DNA of 62,563 nucleotides, the filler included, from Asterionella formosa (lineage: Eukaryota), in assembly GCA_002256025.1 (NCBI GenBank). It is 20 parts of 20 records of this genome, joined end to end, with 100 filler letters (N's around TTAATTAATTAA, not from the genome) between each part and the next. Parts side by side here need not be neighbours in the genome. Positions count along the whole stretch, not along the records: positions 21,983 to 25,017 come from NKIB01014549.1; positions 25,118 to 28,152 come from NKIB01014550.1; positions 28,253 to 31,295 come from NKIB01014551.1; positions 31,396 to 34,428 come from NKIB01014552.1; positions 34,529 to 37,558 come from NKIB01014553.1; 15 more parts are not named here. The stretch is one strand, 5' to 3'. The notes beneath the pieces are model-generated. The model saw nothing but the letters and a program-made list of their open reading frames with translations. It searched no databases and was not told where the DNA came from. Shown piece by piece: positions 23,855 through 36,617 of this stretch (positions within the stretch are counted from its first letter, which is position 1; the number at the start of each line of letters is the position of its first letter). A program made the position numbers and the translations under genes.

Positions 23855-25117
23855 CCTCCTGTCAGTATGTACATGGCGTGCCAAGTATAGCGCTATGTGT
23901 GAATGGGCTGCTTTACAATACTATGACTATAGGACATTACTGGCAGTTTTGATGGCATACCAGAGTACTTCACATTTTTCAGAATTCAGGATGACTAGCG
24001 ATACACACAAATTGCCAATTCGCAATAAATCAATTCTTAGTAGATAATAAATTAATTTCACATGCTTTTTTGGTTGATTATTCATGTGATTGCTGTAGTC
24101 GTAGTTTATTTTTTGTGTAGCTACTGTAAAATTGTCCTATCTGCCCGTAGCATTGTCATGTAAAAATTGCGCATCTCTCAATCAGCTGGAAAAATGTGCC
24201 ATTGGCGACTTCAATTTTCGTTTGTCAATATTAGTGTTATTAGAATTATTCGTTTATGTTGTATTGTCTATGTCGTGCTTGATACATGTATCAGATAGGA
24301 AAGCATCGTTCTCATTTTTCTTCGAGATATTTGCTATTTTCATCATTGTCAACGCTGCAACGACATGATTATGAAGAATTATCCAGTCGCTTACTCCTAA
24401 ACTATAGCGTATTCTATGTACAAAAGAATTATTTCAAATAAAAAATTGTTTTCCAGAACTAATGCGTGCTGTCTCGGGTCTACATACCCTGTTCATGAAT
24501 CCAGCCATACTTATTATATATTCCGGTATGCAATATACATTATTCACTTCCTCATCTTGCTTGCATGCATATGTTCATCGGTATTCCACATAATTAGCTG
24601 CAATATGATTAGCTACGTAGGTTGTATTAGGTGGGTGTCACAGCTGTTGCGTTGAAATGATGACATGATCGCACAACAAGAAGGACTGCATTTTTCAGCA
24701 AAGACACTTTAAGCAAACCGGTCCTGTATTAAGCAAAACCAACGGAGGCAAAATACAGGATAAGAAAAACAGATTGGACTCACTATTTTACGCTAGACCA
24801 GATTAAAGCTAAACATATTTTGAAGCAACAAGCCTGCGGGGTTGTTTTTATCCAACGGATATCAAGAGAAGATTTTTTCATGTACCAATTTGGAATTGGA
24901 ATCAGTTTTGCCTATAATAAGTCTTGTAAGTGGAACTGGATAAAGCAAAATTAACGCAACTTGCTGATATACCAGTATCCTCGTAATGACGGGTAATACC
25001 AGACCCATTGGAAATTTNNNNNNNNNNNNNNNNNNNNNNNNNNNNNNNNNNNNNNNNNNNNTTAATTAATTAANNNNNNNNNNNNNNNNNNNNNNNNNNN
25101 NNNNNNNNNNNNNNNNN

Positions 25118-25848
25118 TTGCCGTGCACCCTGACATGAAGAGCCACACCGGTGGCGTGATGTCTTTTGGAACTGGAGGCATCATATGCAAGTCGACCAAG
25201 CAGAAATTGAACACAAAGAGTTCGACGGAGGCTGAATTTGTGGGCGCCAGCGATTATCTCCCGAACACGCTGTGGGTAAAAATGTTTCTTGAAGCACAGG
25301 GATACAAGATTCAAGAAAGTTTCTTCGAACAAGACAACGAGAGCGCAATTAAACTCGAGAAGAACGGACGAATTTCGGCAGGGCCAAAGTCTCGGCATAT
25401 CAACATCCGCTATTTCTGGATTAAGGATCGATCGGTAGATGAAGGAATCACCATTCGCCATTGTCCAACGTTGGAAATGTTGGGGGATTTCTTTACGAAA
25501 CCACTGCAAGGAAACCTGTTCAGAACATTCCGAAATGTGCTTCTAGGAGCTGCGCACGTCGATACCCTGACTGCCAGTTCCCTGGCAACAGCCGAGGAGC
25601 GTGTTGAAAAAATTCGAGCTGACTGCCACAGGACAGGCGTGAAGGGTATAGTAGACACGAGAGAGTACAGTACTACAGTTAAAACCGTACAGCCGCTACC
25701 AAGAGTTACCTGGGCTGACGTGGTAAAAGGCACAACGCAAGGAAAAGCAATCAGAGGTCAAGAAAAAATGTTAAAATGCAGTGTGAGTAATAAGAGTGTT
25801 TCGAGACCATTATCTCGAAACAATCCAGTTAGTAAAGTGAAAGTTTAA
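25118..25848 (+). mobile_element. Copia RNase H C-terminus; ORF reads into the 3' LTR
   Basis: HPDMKSHTGG, KQKLNTKSSTEAEFV, QDNESAI, RHINIRYFWIKD, MLGDFFTKPLQG. Confidence 0.93.
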
Positions 25849-25953
25849 GTTTGACAACTTCCTCGTTGCTATCAATTTCATCAACTGTATTCGATTAACA
25901 CAGTACTAGGTTCAAGGCCTACGATACGGTCGAATACGGTAGTTGTTACAACA
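25602..25953 (+). repeat. Copia 3' LTR (352 bp)
   Basis: TGTTG...CAACA termini, preceded by purine tract GAGGAGCG. Confidence 0.85.
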
Positions 25954-26285
25954 CCTGGTCCTCTGACTGGAAAAGCGCCAGGAACGTGTTGTTGTGATGG
26001 TGCTGCCACAACATCTCGAGGCAAAGCTGCTGCTGTTGATGATAAGACTGCTGGAACAACAATATTAGATGAATCGTTTTCATCTTGAGGAGGCACGACA
26101 ACTGCGGCTTTCTTCTGTTGGTCTTCCACTTTCACCAACGACATATCTTGAGGGAGCATTGCTCCTGCCAAATCCTCCGATGCAGTTGCTTCCATCTCTT
26201 CCTCCTTTGCTTCTTCTGCAAACCGATGAGCATAGAGGCTAGCACCATGATCATTCTTCTTGTTATTGTTGTTGCTTGATGACAT
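25954..26285 (-). pseudogene. 5' part of a host gene (low-complexity N-terminus with PGAFPVRG motif) cut by the Copia insertion
   Basis: MSSSNNNNKK...QHVPGAFPVRGPG runs straight into the LTR end; PGAF-type motifs recall N-termini of diatom LRR membrane proteins. Confidence 0.55.
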
Positions 26286-26575
26286 GCTGGTCTTGTTGTG
26301 AACGATATCAAAAAGACGACGAGCGACGAGAAAACACAAAAACGTTTCCACAGTAAATTCTGGTCCCAAGGTAAAACGTCGCTCTCGAATGTGTGGAAAG
26401 ACTCCCATTCGTAACACCGCTCTTCCAAAAGGTCAAGGCGGCATCCAAGCTCACCACTGTGCCCAAGAGGATGAGCTTTAGGCTCACTGGTGCTTTGATT
26501 GATAGCTAGAAGCCTCTCTTCTGGCTCGTTATCGAAGCAAGTACACAAGTGAGGAAATGCATGGTAAGTGTAGTT

Positions 26576-26601
26576 GTCCTGTCCTGTCCTGTCCTGTCCT
26601 G
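26576..26601. repeat. (TGTCC)5 microsatellite
   Basis: Read directly. Confidence 0.9.
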
Positions 26602-27502
26602 ACATTATTTCTCTTGTAAGCAAAGGAGCGGATAGAATAATACTCTGCAATCAGCTGAGCCGAATTTGACATCATGGTCGATTTCAAGCAATCATGAGCG
26701 AGGCAGCAAGCAATATATTCAGGAATTAGGTCAACAATGTTGCTTGTTGGAAATTGTTCTGGGACAAGGGTTTCCTCTGCATCATGGTGGAAGAGAGGGT
26801 CGTAAATTTGGAGGAGAACTTTCCTATGCAGTCAGTCGTGTTGGCTGGGCAGTCTGAAATCCAACAATCAACCGAAATTCCCATTTTCTAGAGGGATAAA
26901 CACAAAAGCTCATCAATGAAGGAGTGTAGTAGATAAACTAGCTACGGTAGCTAGTTTTTATAAATATAGTGTTTCTACTATTCTCCTGCTAGTAGCACAG
27001 CATAAGAAAAGCTGTTTCTAGACTAGCAAAAACAACATCGTACTAATTAGCTAGTACCAGTATCATTCTGGATGAGATTTTGCTCTTGGTGTAAACAAAC
27101 ACTACCAGCCAGTAGCAATTCACAAAGTGATTTCCCATGCTGAGTTGTCAGGAGGAGGTCGTTCAGGGCATATAAAAGCAGGGGACACGAAAATTTGCTA
27201 AATTAGTCGACCATGATAAAAAAGTAGAGAAATTAAAATAATCGCTACAGTGCTGTAAATAAAAAAGCTACATGACATTGCCGTAGTAGGCAACATAAGG
27301 GATCAAAAATCCTATGTATCCATAAAACGAAAAATGGTCCATGTGAATCTATCATTGTTTTCATCCTGCTCCAACGTAAACGTATTGGAGAGCAGGCAAG
27401 GGGTTTTCCGTACATGAATTTCGAAGAACTGAAAAAGGAAGAAGCAAGTCTGACTCTCGCAACTTTGTATGTACTGTACAGTAATAGCCTTGTACTAGTC
27501 TA

Positions 27503-28150
27503 CCGTATACTTCATTGTCCTGGACCCCCCCTATGGTTGCTGGACCCCCCTGTACATTTTTCTCGAGGTGGAACCAAACACCCAATAATTTTCTTGTCAT
27601 AGACAAAGTAACGTGCCATAATTCTTTTTGTCCTCGTAGGCACTAGTATGTAATAATTTAGCTACCATTTTGCGATTCTTTTGTACATACAAAACACAAG
27701 AGACGACAGGTAGTGGCTGTGAGCAGCTGGAGAATCCTTCATGATGTTGTCGCAACCTTGACCATGACGAAAATACCAATTATCTCCACGAAAATAGAGA
27801 ACGACGCTTTGCTACTTGCTACCTGTATTAAGAATGACATGGAAAATACAATCGTAAAAGAAGTAAAGTAATAACACTAATAATGACAACGAAAATTGAG
27901 ATCGCCGATAACAACATGAAGTCGCGTTTTTCTTGCGAGGTGAAGAACTCTCTCATTTTTCACAAGACGGAAATAATTGTCATATTAATACATCTTAGAA
28001 AAATGTGCGCTATCCTGTAGAACTAAAGAAATTTACTTAGGTCCATTATAAGGGAAATCTCTTCATTGTCCTGGGCCCCCCTTAAGTAAAATCAGTCAAA
28101 TTCAGTCACGGCAGTGTACATTGGGGGGTCCAGGACAATGAAGTATACGG
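27503..28150 (+). mobile_element. Complete 648-bp Tc1/mariner-type MITE
   Basis: 28-bp perfect TIR CCGTATACTTCATTGTCCTGGACCCCCC with TA on both sides; internal partial TIR copies near 27540 and 28060. Confidence 0.92.
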
Positions 28151-28252
28151 TANNNNNNNNNNNNNNNNNNNNNNNNNNNNNNNNNNNNNNNNNNNNTTAA
28201 TTAATTAANNNNNNNNNNNNNNNNNNNNNNNNNNNNNNNNNNNNNNNNNNNN

Positions 28253-29566
28253 TTTTTTTTCAGAACACACCATTTTGTCTGAAGAAGACCAAATGCCATT
28301 TCTATTCTTATCCTTAGCTGTGAAAGGAAAAAGTTAAATGTATCCTGTGTTGGATCATCACGTTGTGAGCCAACAAAGGGAACAAGCATTACATCAGACA
28401 ATGTGTAAGCTGCATCGCCGACCAGATAAAAACCTGTGTTGAATGCTGCAACTCGATCGAAAATGGAAGTTCGTTCAAAAGCTACTTGGTCACTGCATTT
28501 TCCCGGTGCAATTACACCAAAATAAATAAATCTTGAGTCAGCATCACAAACAGCCTGGACATTGATTCCATAAGTCATGTAGTGACCGGAAAAAAATGAA
28601 CCAGGGTTGTTGCCACTTTCAACTATAGTCGGGCGGTTGATGGTGGCTAGGAAGCCGTAAATAGCACCAACACATCCTCTCATCATGCCCTCTGAGCTTT
28701 TGCATTCAAAGCTGGAAGCCAATTTGATAAATTCTTCTTTTTCTTTTGGAAAAACAATTTCGAGTTCTCCACAGTTTAGTACAGCATCAATGAACAAATC
28801 ACGACATAGATAAAGTGAAGCAATGCTACAACCGTAGGCATGACAAATGTCGATGTAACTGCCACCAGCCAGCCATCGCAAACCAATGGCTACCACAATT
28901 TCGGGAATTATGGGCTCAGAAGTGCCACATTTGGAATAATTCCCTGCAATCTGAATTTCCAGCATGGAGGTGAGTTTTTTGAATGCTCTGTGTGACATTC
29001 TGTATGTCTTCTCGAAAGCAATCTCGTGATTGAGTTTCTTGACATGTGATTGCCAGGAGATTCTTTCGTGGTGCCACTTGTGCCTTCGTTGTCGTCGTCA
29101 TCGTCGTCACTCAGATGACTGAAGCTGCCGTTTACAGCGTCGCCTTTGTCGTTTGGATGAGTGTTCTTTTTCCTCTGCTTCCTTAGCTAAATGACAGAGG
29201 AAGAAGAAATCAAGATCACTACTGTCATCATCATTATCATCAAGTAAATCAAATGGCGACGACATGATTCATGCAAATGTGTGTTTTTAATATAATATTT
29301 AGTTTCCCGGTAATTATTTTTTATGTTGTTGCTTGATATCAAGACCATCATTATATTCCGGAGGGATATACATACGATCTTCGCCAGCCAGTTGCCGTTG
29401 AAGATCCATGTTACTCCATGATACAATGTGATCACAAATTAGTGATACTGTGACACTTTTGGAATGAAAGAAATTCAGTTCAGTTCAAATCGAGTTACCG
29501 TTGCTGATACATTTTCAAAAAAATTCAAATTCCGTGATACACGAAAAAAAATGATAAGAACGGCCC
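28253..29566 (-). mobile_element. PIF/Harbinger transposon 5' half with DDE_Tnp_4 transposase (degenerate)
   Basis: LRWLAGGSY, GCVGAIYG (catalytic D replaced by Y), GINVQAVCDA, LVGDAAY, LRIRIEMAFG; terminus GGGCCGTTCTTATC flanked by TAA at 29567-29569. Confidence 0.9.
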
Positions 29567-31573
29567 TAAGTGAAAATCGAAAAAAGCCCAAAAACGTGCG
29601 TTTTTTTAATATGTAGTTGCCAATTTTAATTTAAAAACCGGTAGATATATATTATACATGGATCTGTAGTTTATGCGATTGCGCACATAAGGGCAATTGA
29701 GCCGGAGAATATCGTAGGAATCAAAATTGCGCCAGAGAAAGTTCAACAATGGCCGCATTTATTTTCAACCAGAGGGAGGGTACTCCGTACCAGGTACCCA
29801 GAATGCTGTAGACTGTGCATTATTCGTTGGGAAGCAATGTGCTGATCAGCATTCATTGTTCAGAATGTCAATGATGTCATACGAATTTGCCATGCAGTCA
29901 TCAGTACAATGGACATACAATCTTCAACGTCCCAAGTTCCCGATACTGCATGCCAGTATGTCATAGAGTGCACAGTCCATATTGGCACTGCCTTGTGCAA
30001 AAGGAATTCAACTTTAAGCCTTGGTACCATACTGGTCCATAAAAGATACTCATCAACCTTTGGTACCAGGTACGGTACCACACTGATCACGATTCGAGTT
30101 CAACTACCGGTACCGGTACCGGTACGAGGACCATTTACCACCTGGCATGTATGAAGCGGGATAGAAGAGCGATAGAAAAGGTACCGTACTATGGTGTTCA
30201 GTCCCAGCTATATAAAACCATCTGTGGTAGTTTGTTGCATACGTAGAAAAGACTCCTTGAAGCGATGGCAACAAACAACTACCGGTATCAATAACATGAT
30301 TCCGGTTTATATATTTTTATGAAATTCCACGTGAGAAAGGATGGATTCGATCTTGAGAACATGACGAAATTCAACTACCGGTACAGCAAGGCGCAAGGCA
30401 CCCTGTTACCGTGTTGTAAGCCGGTAACGAGGTAAATGAATTCGATTACTGGTACCGGGTAGTAAATTATTATTTGTAAAAAGGACTCTGTGAAAAGATG
30501 CCAATGATCAATTGTTCAATGTGACTACTTAAATATCATTCCACTTGAAAGAAGGATGTCGATTTTGAGAACGTAATTCAATCGAAAAGATGGCATCGAA
30601 TAGATGCAAAGGATCTCGCTCTGGTTCAACATTCCACCTTGGCCCTGTGTCACATGATTCTGTACCATTGTAAAGATAACGGAAACGATTATATATGTGA
30701 CAAATTCCTTCATTCAAAGTACAAGAGTCTTTTCGTCGCAAGAGATATATGATTCGATACCTTTTATGATTTATCGTATAACTTAAGTCGTGAGACATAG
30801 ATGTGAGACCCGAATATACATTTGACAGTCGCTAGAAAAAGGTCATTTGGTCTTAACATGTCGCCAACATTTATTTAGTAATTCAAAGTACACATCTGTT
30901 CGATAATGATTCTAGAGGCCCGGTATAGAGCTTCTAGAGATAGTCCGAGTTCTGGTATCGTGAATACCAGTACTCCTGAGTCTATGCAGTAAGGAGACTA
31001 ACATGTACAGAAACGGTACCTGGCAACCTGGCACTACCTGGTACCATACCAAAATGTACCTGGAACCCTGGTACCGGTGCGCCGCATCATCTTAACAAGT
31101 GAATTACATACCGGTAAGTGGAAATCATATTATCCCACAAAATCAAAACCCTGCCCAAATATTTGCGATAACACGTCCAACATCAACGTCATGGTTTCCC
31201 TTCTTGAAAGTACAATGCACGATGCATCCATTCGACGTTGCTCCTCGCCAGAGGTGGATACTTGTCGCTGTGACAAGTCGTCATCTCCTGATTTTNNNNN
31301 NNNNNNNNNNNNNNNNNNNNNNNNNNNNNNNNNNNNNNNTTAATTAATTAANNNNNNNNNNNNNNNNNNNNNNNNNNNNNNNNNNNNNNNNNNNNACTCG
31401 TTCCGACTCAAACTGCACACAACACAACATCAGTCTGCAAGCAACCAAATTCGAGACAATCAGGCGTTGTTGCATTGAAAGACACCATCAGGTAGTACAT
31501 ACCGCTAATAGTAGTTACTTCTTGAACTTGCATTTGACCAATTCCATCAAATCTCTGTGACGAAGACTCGAAA

Positions 31574-32674
31574 ATGGCACCAATTAAGTCATCCAAAGCC
31601 CATGGCCGCTCCAAGCCATCATCATTCCTTGGATTCACGGTGCTCCTCTTGGGTTTCCTATTGGCTCTCTTCATCTACAGATTCAACGAAAATGATGCTA
31701 CACTTGAGCACTTCGCCTTGCTTCAATCTGATGGCGCTTCATCCTCTGGCGCCTACGATTATTCATTGACGATTCCACAAGGCACCACGCCGAATCTGCC
31801 GTCGATCCGCGTTGACGACAGCAAGGTGGAAACATCTCGAGCTACGGCCCATGTAGTCTACGGTGGTAAAGGCGACAAGGTGCATTTAGGCGGGTTTACA
31901 AATATTGATTTGCAGGGCATTTCCCCTGCCGTGTGGAAAGCCATGGTGCAAGATTATGGCATCAAGACATTGATCGATTTGGGCTGTGGACGGGGCATTA
32001 GCACTAGTTGGTTCTTGACTCATGGGGTCGATGCCACCTGTGTGGAGGGTTCCCATGATGCTGTTCTGCAAACCATGATGCCAATAGAACGGGTAACTGA
32101 GCATGACTTTTCAAGAGGTCCTTGGTGGCCTGCCAAGACCCAAGACGCAGTGTGGTGTGTGGAATTCTTGGAACATGTGGGGGTCAACTTTCATCACAAT
32201 TACTTGCCCGTGTTTCGCAAGTCGGCCTTGATCTTTGCAACGCACTCCAATTGGGGAGGATGGCATCATGTCGAAGTGCACACAACAAAATGGTGGATTC
32301 GCAAGATGCAAATGTATGGCTTTCAATACTCTGAAGAAATGTCATTGGAAATTCGGGGCATTGCTTCAAAAGAACATAATAATAAGACTGCCTCCGTTAT
32401 TGTGGAGGACGAGGCTTACAATGCGCAACATATATGGACCACAATGATGGTCTTTATCAATCCAGCAGTTTCGGCATTACCTGAGCATGCACATTTGTTT
32501 TCTGGTATTGGTTGTTTCCACTCGAGGGGTGGAGAAACAGGAATTATCAATAAAGATTGTGACGGTGAAAATGAAAGCAAGTTGCCTCCAGAATACTATC
32601 CTCTTGTGTTGACGGAGCAGCAAGATGAAGATTGGGTAGCATTAGTCAAGAAAAATATTGCAATCGAAAAATAA
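31574..32674 (+). CDS. SAM-dependent methyltransferase, type II membrane-anchored
   Basis: Intact 366 aa; TM segment near the N-terminus; HLGG, IDLGCGRG (motif I), VEGS, HDFSRGP, WCVEFLEHV, GGWHHV. Confidence 0.88.
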   Translation: MAPIKSSKAHGRSKPSSFLGFTVLLLGFLLALFIYRFNENDATLEHFALLQSDGASSSGAYDYSLTIPQGTTPNLPSIRVDDSKVETSRATAHVVYGGKGDKVHLGGFTNIDLQGISPAVWKAMVQDYGIKTLIDLGCGRGISTSWFLTHGVDATCVEGSHDAVLQTMMPIERVTEHDFSRGPWWPAKTQDAVWCVEFLEHVGVNFHHNYLPVFRKSALIFATHSNWGGWHHVEVHTTKWWIRKMQMYGFQYSEEMSLEIRGIASKEHNNKTASVIVEDEAYNAQHIWTTMMVFINPAVSALPEHAHLFSGIGCFHSRGGETGIINKDCDGENESKLPPEYYPLVLTEQQDEDWVALVKKNIAIEK

Positions 32675-32862
32675 TCATTAGGGAAGCCTGGTGTCATGGT
32701 CAGAAAGACGTCGCAGCCTACTAGTAAATGTATGTTGGAGACTGTGGCGATATTTCACACTCTACTAATTTCTGAGTTATTTGTACTTTCTTGCCAATTC
32801 ATGACTTTATTCTATAAGTTCCCTAAAATGACAAAAGCATTAGGTACTGTCCAAAACGACTT

Positions 32863-34128
32863 TTAATATGGTCCATACCAAGGACTTCCTCCATCGTACC
32901 AAGGATCACGCTTTCGGAATCCAGTTTCAAAGATAACGTTGTCCACTTCCACTCCACAATCCTGCAACAGAGTTTGTGCCCAGCACGACATGCCAAACTT
33001 GTCCTTGATCAAACCATGATAATAAAATCTATATATATTGCCATCAATCGACAACAAGTCGGCAATGCTTCCCAAAACTTTCAATGCTGGTTGAATGATC
33101 TCGACAACAGCAGCATCACATTCTCCATGCTCGAGCGTACCTACCAATGTTCCATACTTTTCATATGGAGCTCTAGCATTGGTATGGAATTCCAACGACT
33201 TTGTTGGTGGCAACCATTCCGCATTTTTGGCTCGTGCATATTGGACTGCCAACGTTCGTGCCTTGTGAGGTGGAAATGAATCAAAGTCAGTCCGATCTTC
33301 GTCGGTCGTGAATCGATTGTTGGTATAGTTCTTTTGCGGATAAGTCATGGGTTCTGGATATCCATACCACCGTTGCATATGTCGTGGTACTTCATACTCC
33401 AAAAAGAATGGGTCTGCGTAGGTTTCAATAATATCCAGCGACTTGCGAAAGGTGCGAATGTCTTCATTGATGGCAATCTCCATGTCGCCAGGTGCAAAGA
33501 CTGGTGTCAACATGCCTTCATCTCGTGATTCTTCATCAATCATGTACGAGTCCAAGGTCCCAACGATGGTACGCGTGTCAATGGGATTTGAATGTCCAAA
33601 GATGGGATTGTATCCAATGTCAACGCCATCGTCGTCTTTTGGGTTTTCCTTGACGTATCGTTTCGTTTTCGAATACTCAGCATTCGGGTCGTCGTCTCCC
33701 TTGGAGGGGTCTAATTCGTAATTGAATTTTGATTTCAAAAAGGAAATATCCCAATCGCCCAGTTTGTTGGAATTCAGGGCTTCTGGATCATCCGTATCAA
33801 AGACCGCTTCAATTTCACTCAATAATTCTCCATAGTCCGACATCCATGAAGGAATTGTTCGAATGCCCTGTTCCAGTTCTTGAAACATTTCTGCCTTGCG
33901 TTCCAACTCCGCTTCACTTTCAATAATCGCTCCAGGACGTCCACCTGTCAAGTCCCCTAACTCAATTTCAGGTCGAATGGCTTTAATGGCGCCTAGTTGC
34001 GTCGTGGTGGTCAAGGTTGTCGCCCTTGCTATTTGTCGTCCGATTGGTGCGGTCCATGCCAAACATGTTGTAGTTGCGGTTGTCATCCAATGGAGAGAAA
34101 GAGCAAGATACATCATGGTACTAGTCAT
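32863..34128 (-). CDS. Acidic protein of unknown function, probably plastid-targeted
   Basis: ~420-aa open frame; signal peptide ending CLA-WTAP (ASAFAP-like) followed by a Thr/Arg-rich transit-like segment; convergent with the methyltransferase. Confidence 0.8.
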   Translation of the reverse strand: MTSTMMYLALSLHWMTTATTTCLAWTAPIGRQIARATTLTTTTQLGAIKAIRPEIELGDLTGGRPGAIIESEAELERKAEMFQELEQGIRTIPSWMSDYGELLSEIEAVFDTDDPEALNSNKLGDWDISFLKSKFNYELDPSKGDDDPNAEYSKTKRYVKENPKDDDGVDIGYNPIFGHSNPIDTRTIVGTLDSYMIDEESRDEGMLTPVFAPGDMEIAINEDIRTFRKSLDIIETYADPFFLEYEVPRHMQRWYGYPEPMTYPQKNYTNNRFTTDEDRTDFDSFPPHKARTLAVQYARAKNAEWLPPTKSLEFHTNARAPYEKYGTLVGTLEHGECDAAVVEIIQPALKVLGSIADLLSIDGNIYRFYYHGLIKDKFGMSCWAQTLLQDCGVEVDNVIFETGFRKRDPWYDGGSPWYGPY

Positions 34129-34528
34129 GGTCAGAATGATTGAAGGTCGTTCCTGTGAATCGGGTACCTGGTAGTGCAGCAGCAACAACAACATCAAACC
34201 TACCGGTCCATACCGATAATATATATTTATGACCCAGAAACGTATTAGGTATACCTGGTACCGGTTTGCTATACCCATGTACTCTCCACTTGATGATGTG
34301 TGCGTACCTGGTCCTGGTACTTTGTGATGGGAAAGCCAACACATATCCTATTCTGTAGATCAGCCATTGCTTTTGCTCCTGACGATCATCAGGCTTTACA
34401 TACATGAATATAAACATTTATGAACATANNNNNNNNNNNNNNNNNNNNNNNNNNNNNNNNNNNNNNNNNNNNTTAATTAATTAANNNNNNNNNNNNNNNN
34501 NNNNNNNNNNNNNNNNNNNNNNNNNNNN

Positions 34529-34723
34529 GTGATCACATAATATAGTGATGATCAGGAATGCATGCATGATACTTTGATCAAATATTTAACGTGATGTATT
34601 CAGATAATATATAGATATATTCAACTACGTATTTTGATGTATTCAACTAATTCATGTGATGCATTCAAAATCAACTAGGCTTATTTATGTGATGGTCACT
34701 TCACGTAATACGCGGCTTAGATG
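34529..34723 (-). mobile_element. Second copy (one end) of the 11966-12343 element
   Basis: Near-identical reverse complement of 11963-12157; contig breaks where the 22-bp array would start. Confidence 0.92.
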
Positions 34724-35809
34724 AAGCTGCTTAAGCTTTCCCAATTGAGTAGGAATCCATCCTTTGAGCTGATTATTCTGCAACTCCAATTCTCCCAGCG
34801 AACTCATACTGCCCAATTGAGAAGGAATAGTCCCTTTGAGGTTGTTGAAACTCAAATCCAATGCTTGCAGAAGGCTGAGTTTACCTATTTCAGATGGAAT
34901 AGGTCCAGAAAACTTGTTGTTATCCAAATCCATGCGTGTCAGAGAAGTCATACCATCAAGTTGACTAGGAATAGCTCCATTGAGATTATTATTACTCAAA
35001 ACCAATGCTTCCAGAAGGCTGAGTTTGCCCAATGTAGAAGGAATCGGTCCTGAGATGTCAAGATTGTCTTGAATGTCGATGCTTGTCAAGTGAATGAGCT
35101 TGCCTAATGAAGATGGAATGGTTTCAACCAGATTGTTCTGTTGAAGTCTGAGGGACTTCAGAAGGATGAGCTGGCCCAATTCCACCGGAATCTTTCCAGA
35201 AAGGTGATTAGCACCCAAATCCATGGAGGTCAAAAGCTTGCTCCATTTATGAGGGATATTTCCTCTGAGATGGTTCACAAAAAATCTCACAAATTTTAGA
35301 GCCGTGAGATTACCAACAACACCAGGAATGGTACCAGTCATATCATTTTGTGAAATGTCCAAGTGTGTTAGCCTGGTGAGTTTTCCCAACTCAATGGGGA
35401 TTGATCCTGAGATAAAATTGCCACTTAAATCAAGATGATTAAGAGTTGTAAGCTTTCCCAGTTCACTGGGGATCGATCTTCTAAGCAAGTAATAATTTAA
35501 TGTCAAGGAGGTCAAGTGAGTCAGCCCAACTATGGATTGTGGAATCGGGACATCTCGCATAATTGGGAAATTACCAAATTTAGTGAAGCTTTTGATGCTG
35601 CAAGGAATAGTTTCTCCAAACAAAACAACATTGTTGAAAGAATCACATGCCTTGATGCATTTTCCAGTTGACTTGCTGACATAATAACCAGATTTTTGAG
35701 CACATGATGGAGTATTCGCAAGAATGCGTGACTCAACATATGCAATAATCACGGAAGCAAGAACAAGGAGATACGCAAATTTTAGGAGCGTCATGATGTG
35801 ATCATTCAA
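34724..35809 (-). CDS. Secreted/receptor-like LRR protein, 3'-interrupted by the insertion
   Basis: Signal peptide then ~11 x 24-aa LRRs (IPSELGKLTxLxxLDLSxNxLSG); predicted tail HLSRVLREVTIT is element-derived. Confidence 0.88.
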
Positions 35810-36617
35810 TGAAACCTTGAGATGATCAGGTTAAATAGCACAATAATAGGATGGTGTACGATTGAATTATTAAAGTTAAGAAAATATGAGCGGAATCTTT
35901 CATGACAATGAGTGTTTTGCTGTGTTGTAGGAGCACGAGGAGTTTCAATTCGCTTTGTAACACTACAAGGGCTTCGCTTCACTTGACTGCATTTCAATCC
36001 CAGAAGGCAAGTTTCCCCATTTCTCCGGATTGGCAAACATGTCAAAACAATCCTCGCTTGCTTTACACAGGACTGGCGAAGCAATGGGTATCAGTCACTG
36101 ACGAGAAATATCTGAATCATGTTCTATCGCGGAGTAATTCTGTGTTCCTTAATTTGCATTTGTTGCTCGTCACTTCACTGCATTTCAATCCCAGAGAACA
36201 GAGTTGACAATTCTCGTACTCCGTCGAGCACTACAATCGACAGTCGAATGTATTTTTCTGTGACGCTGGCAAAAGCGAAGGCATGAAAATGAGACGCCAC
36301 CCATTTGCTCCTTGTTGTTCCTCCTCATCGACTGTAGATAATCATACCGATAGTAGCACAACCAAAACGAGCAAAAGGGAAGGCATTGCTGCCTGATGAT
36401 TCTTCAATGTTCTCTGACTGAGTAACTTATTGTGAGTTTCCTTTCAGTCACCATCGCGGTGCAAAGAATTGCCTGAGCGATGAACCAAAACACGAGTAAA
36501 AGGGAACACGCTGATGTTTGATTGTTACCAGATGATGTGTCATGTGCTGCTACTTCCCATACAGTATGTACTCCAGAGTCCAGAGTACTGGTACCAGGTA
36601 CCTGGTAGTCTACCTGT

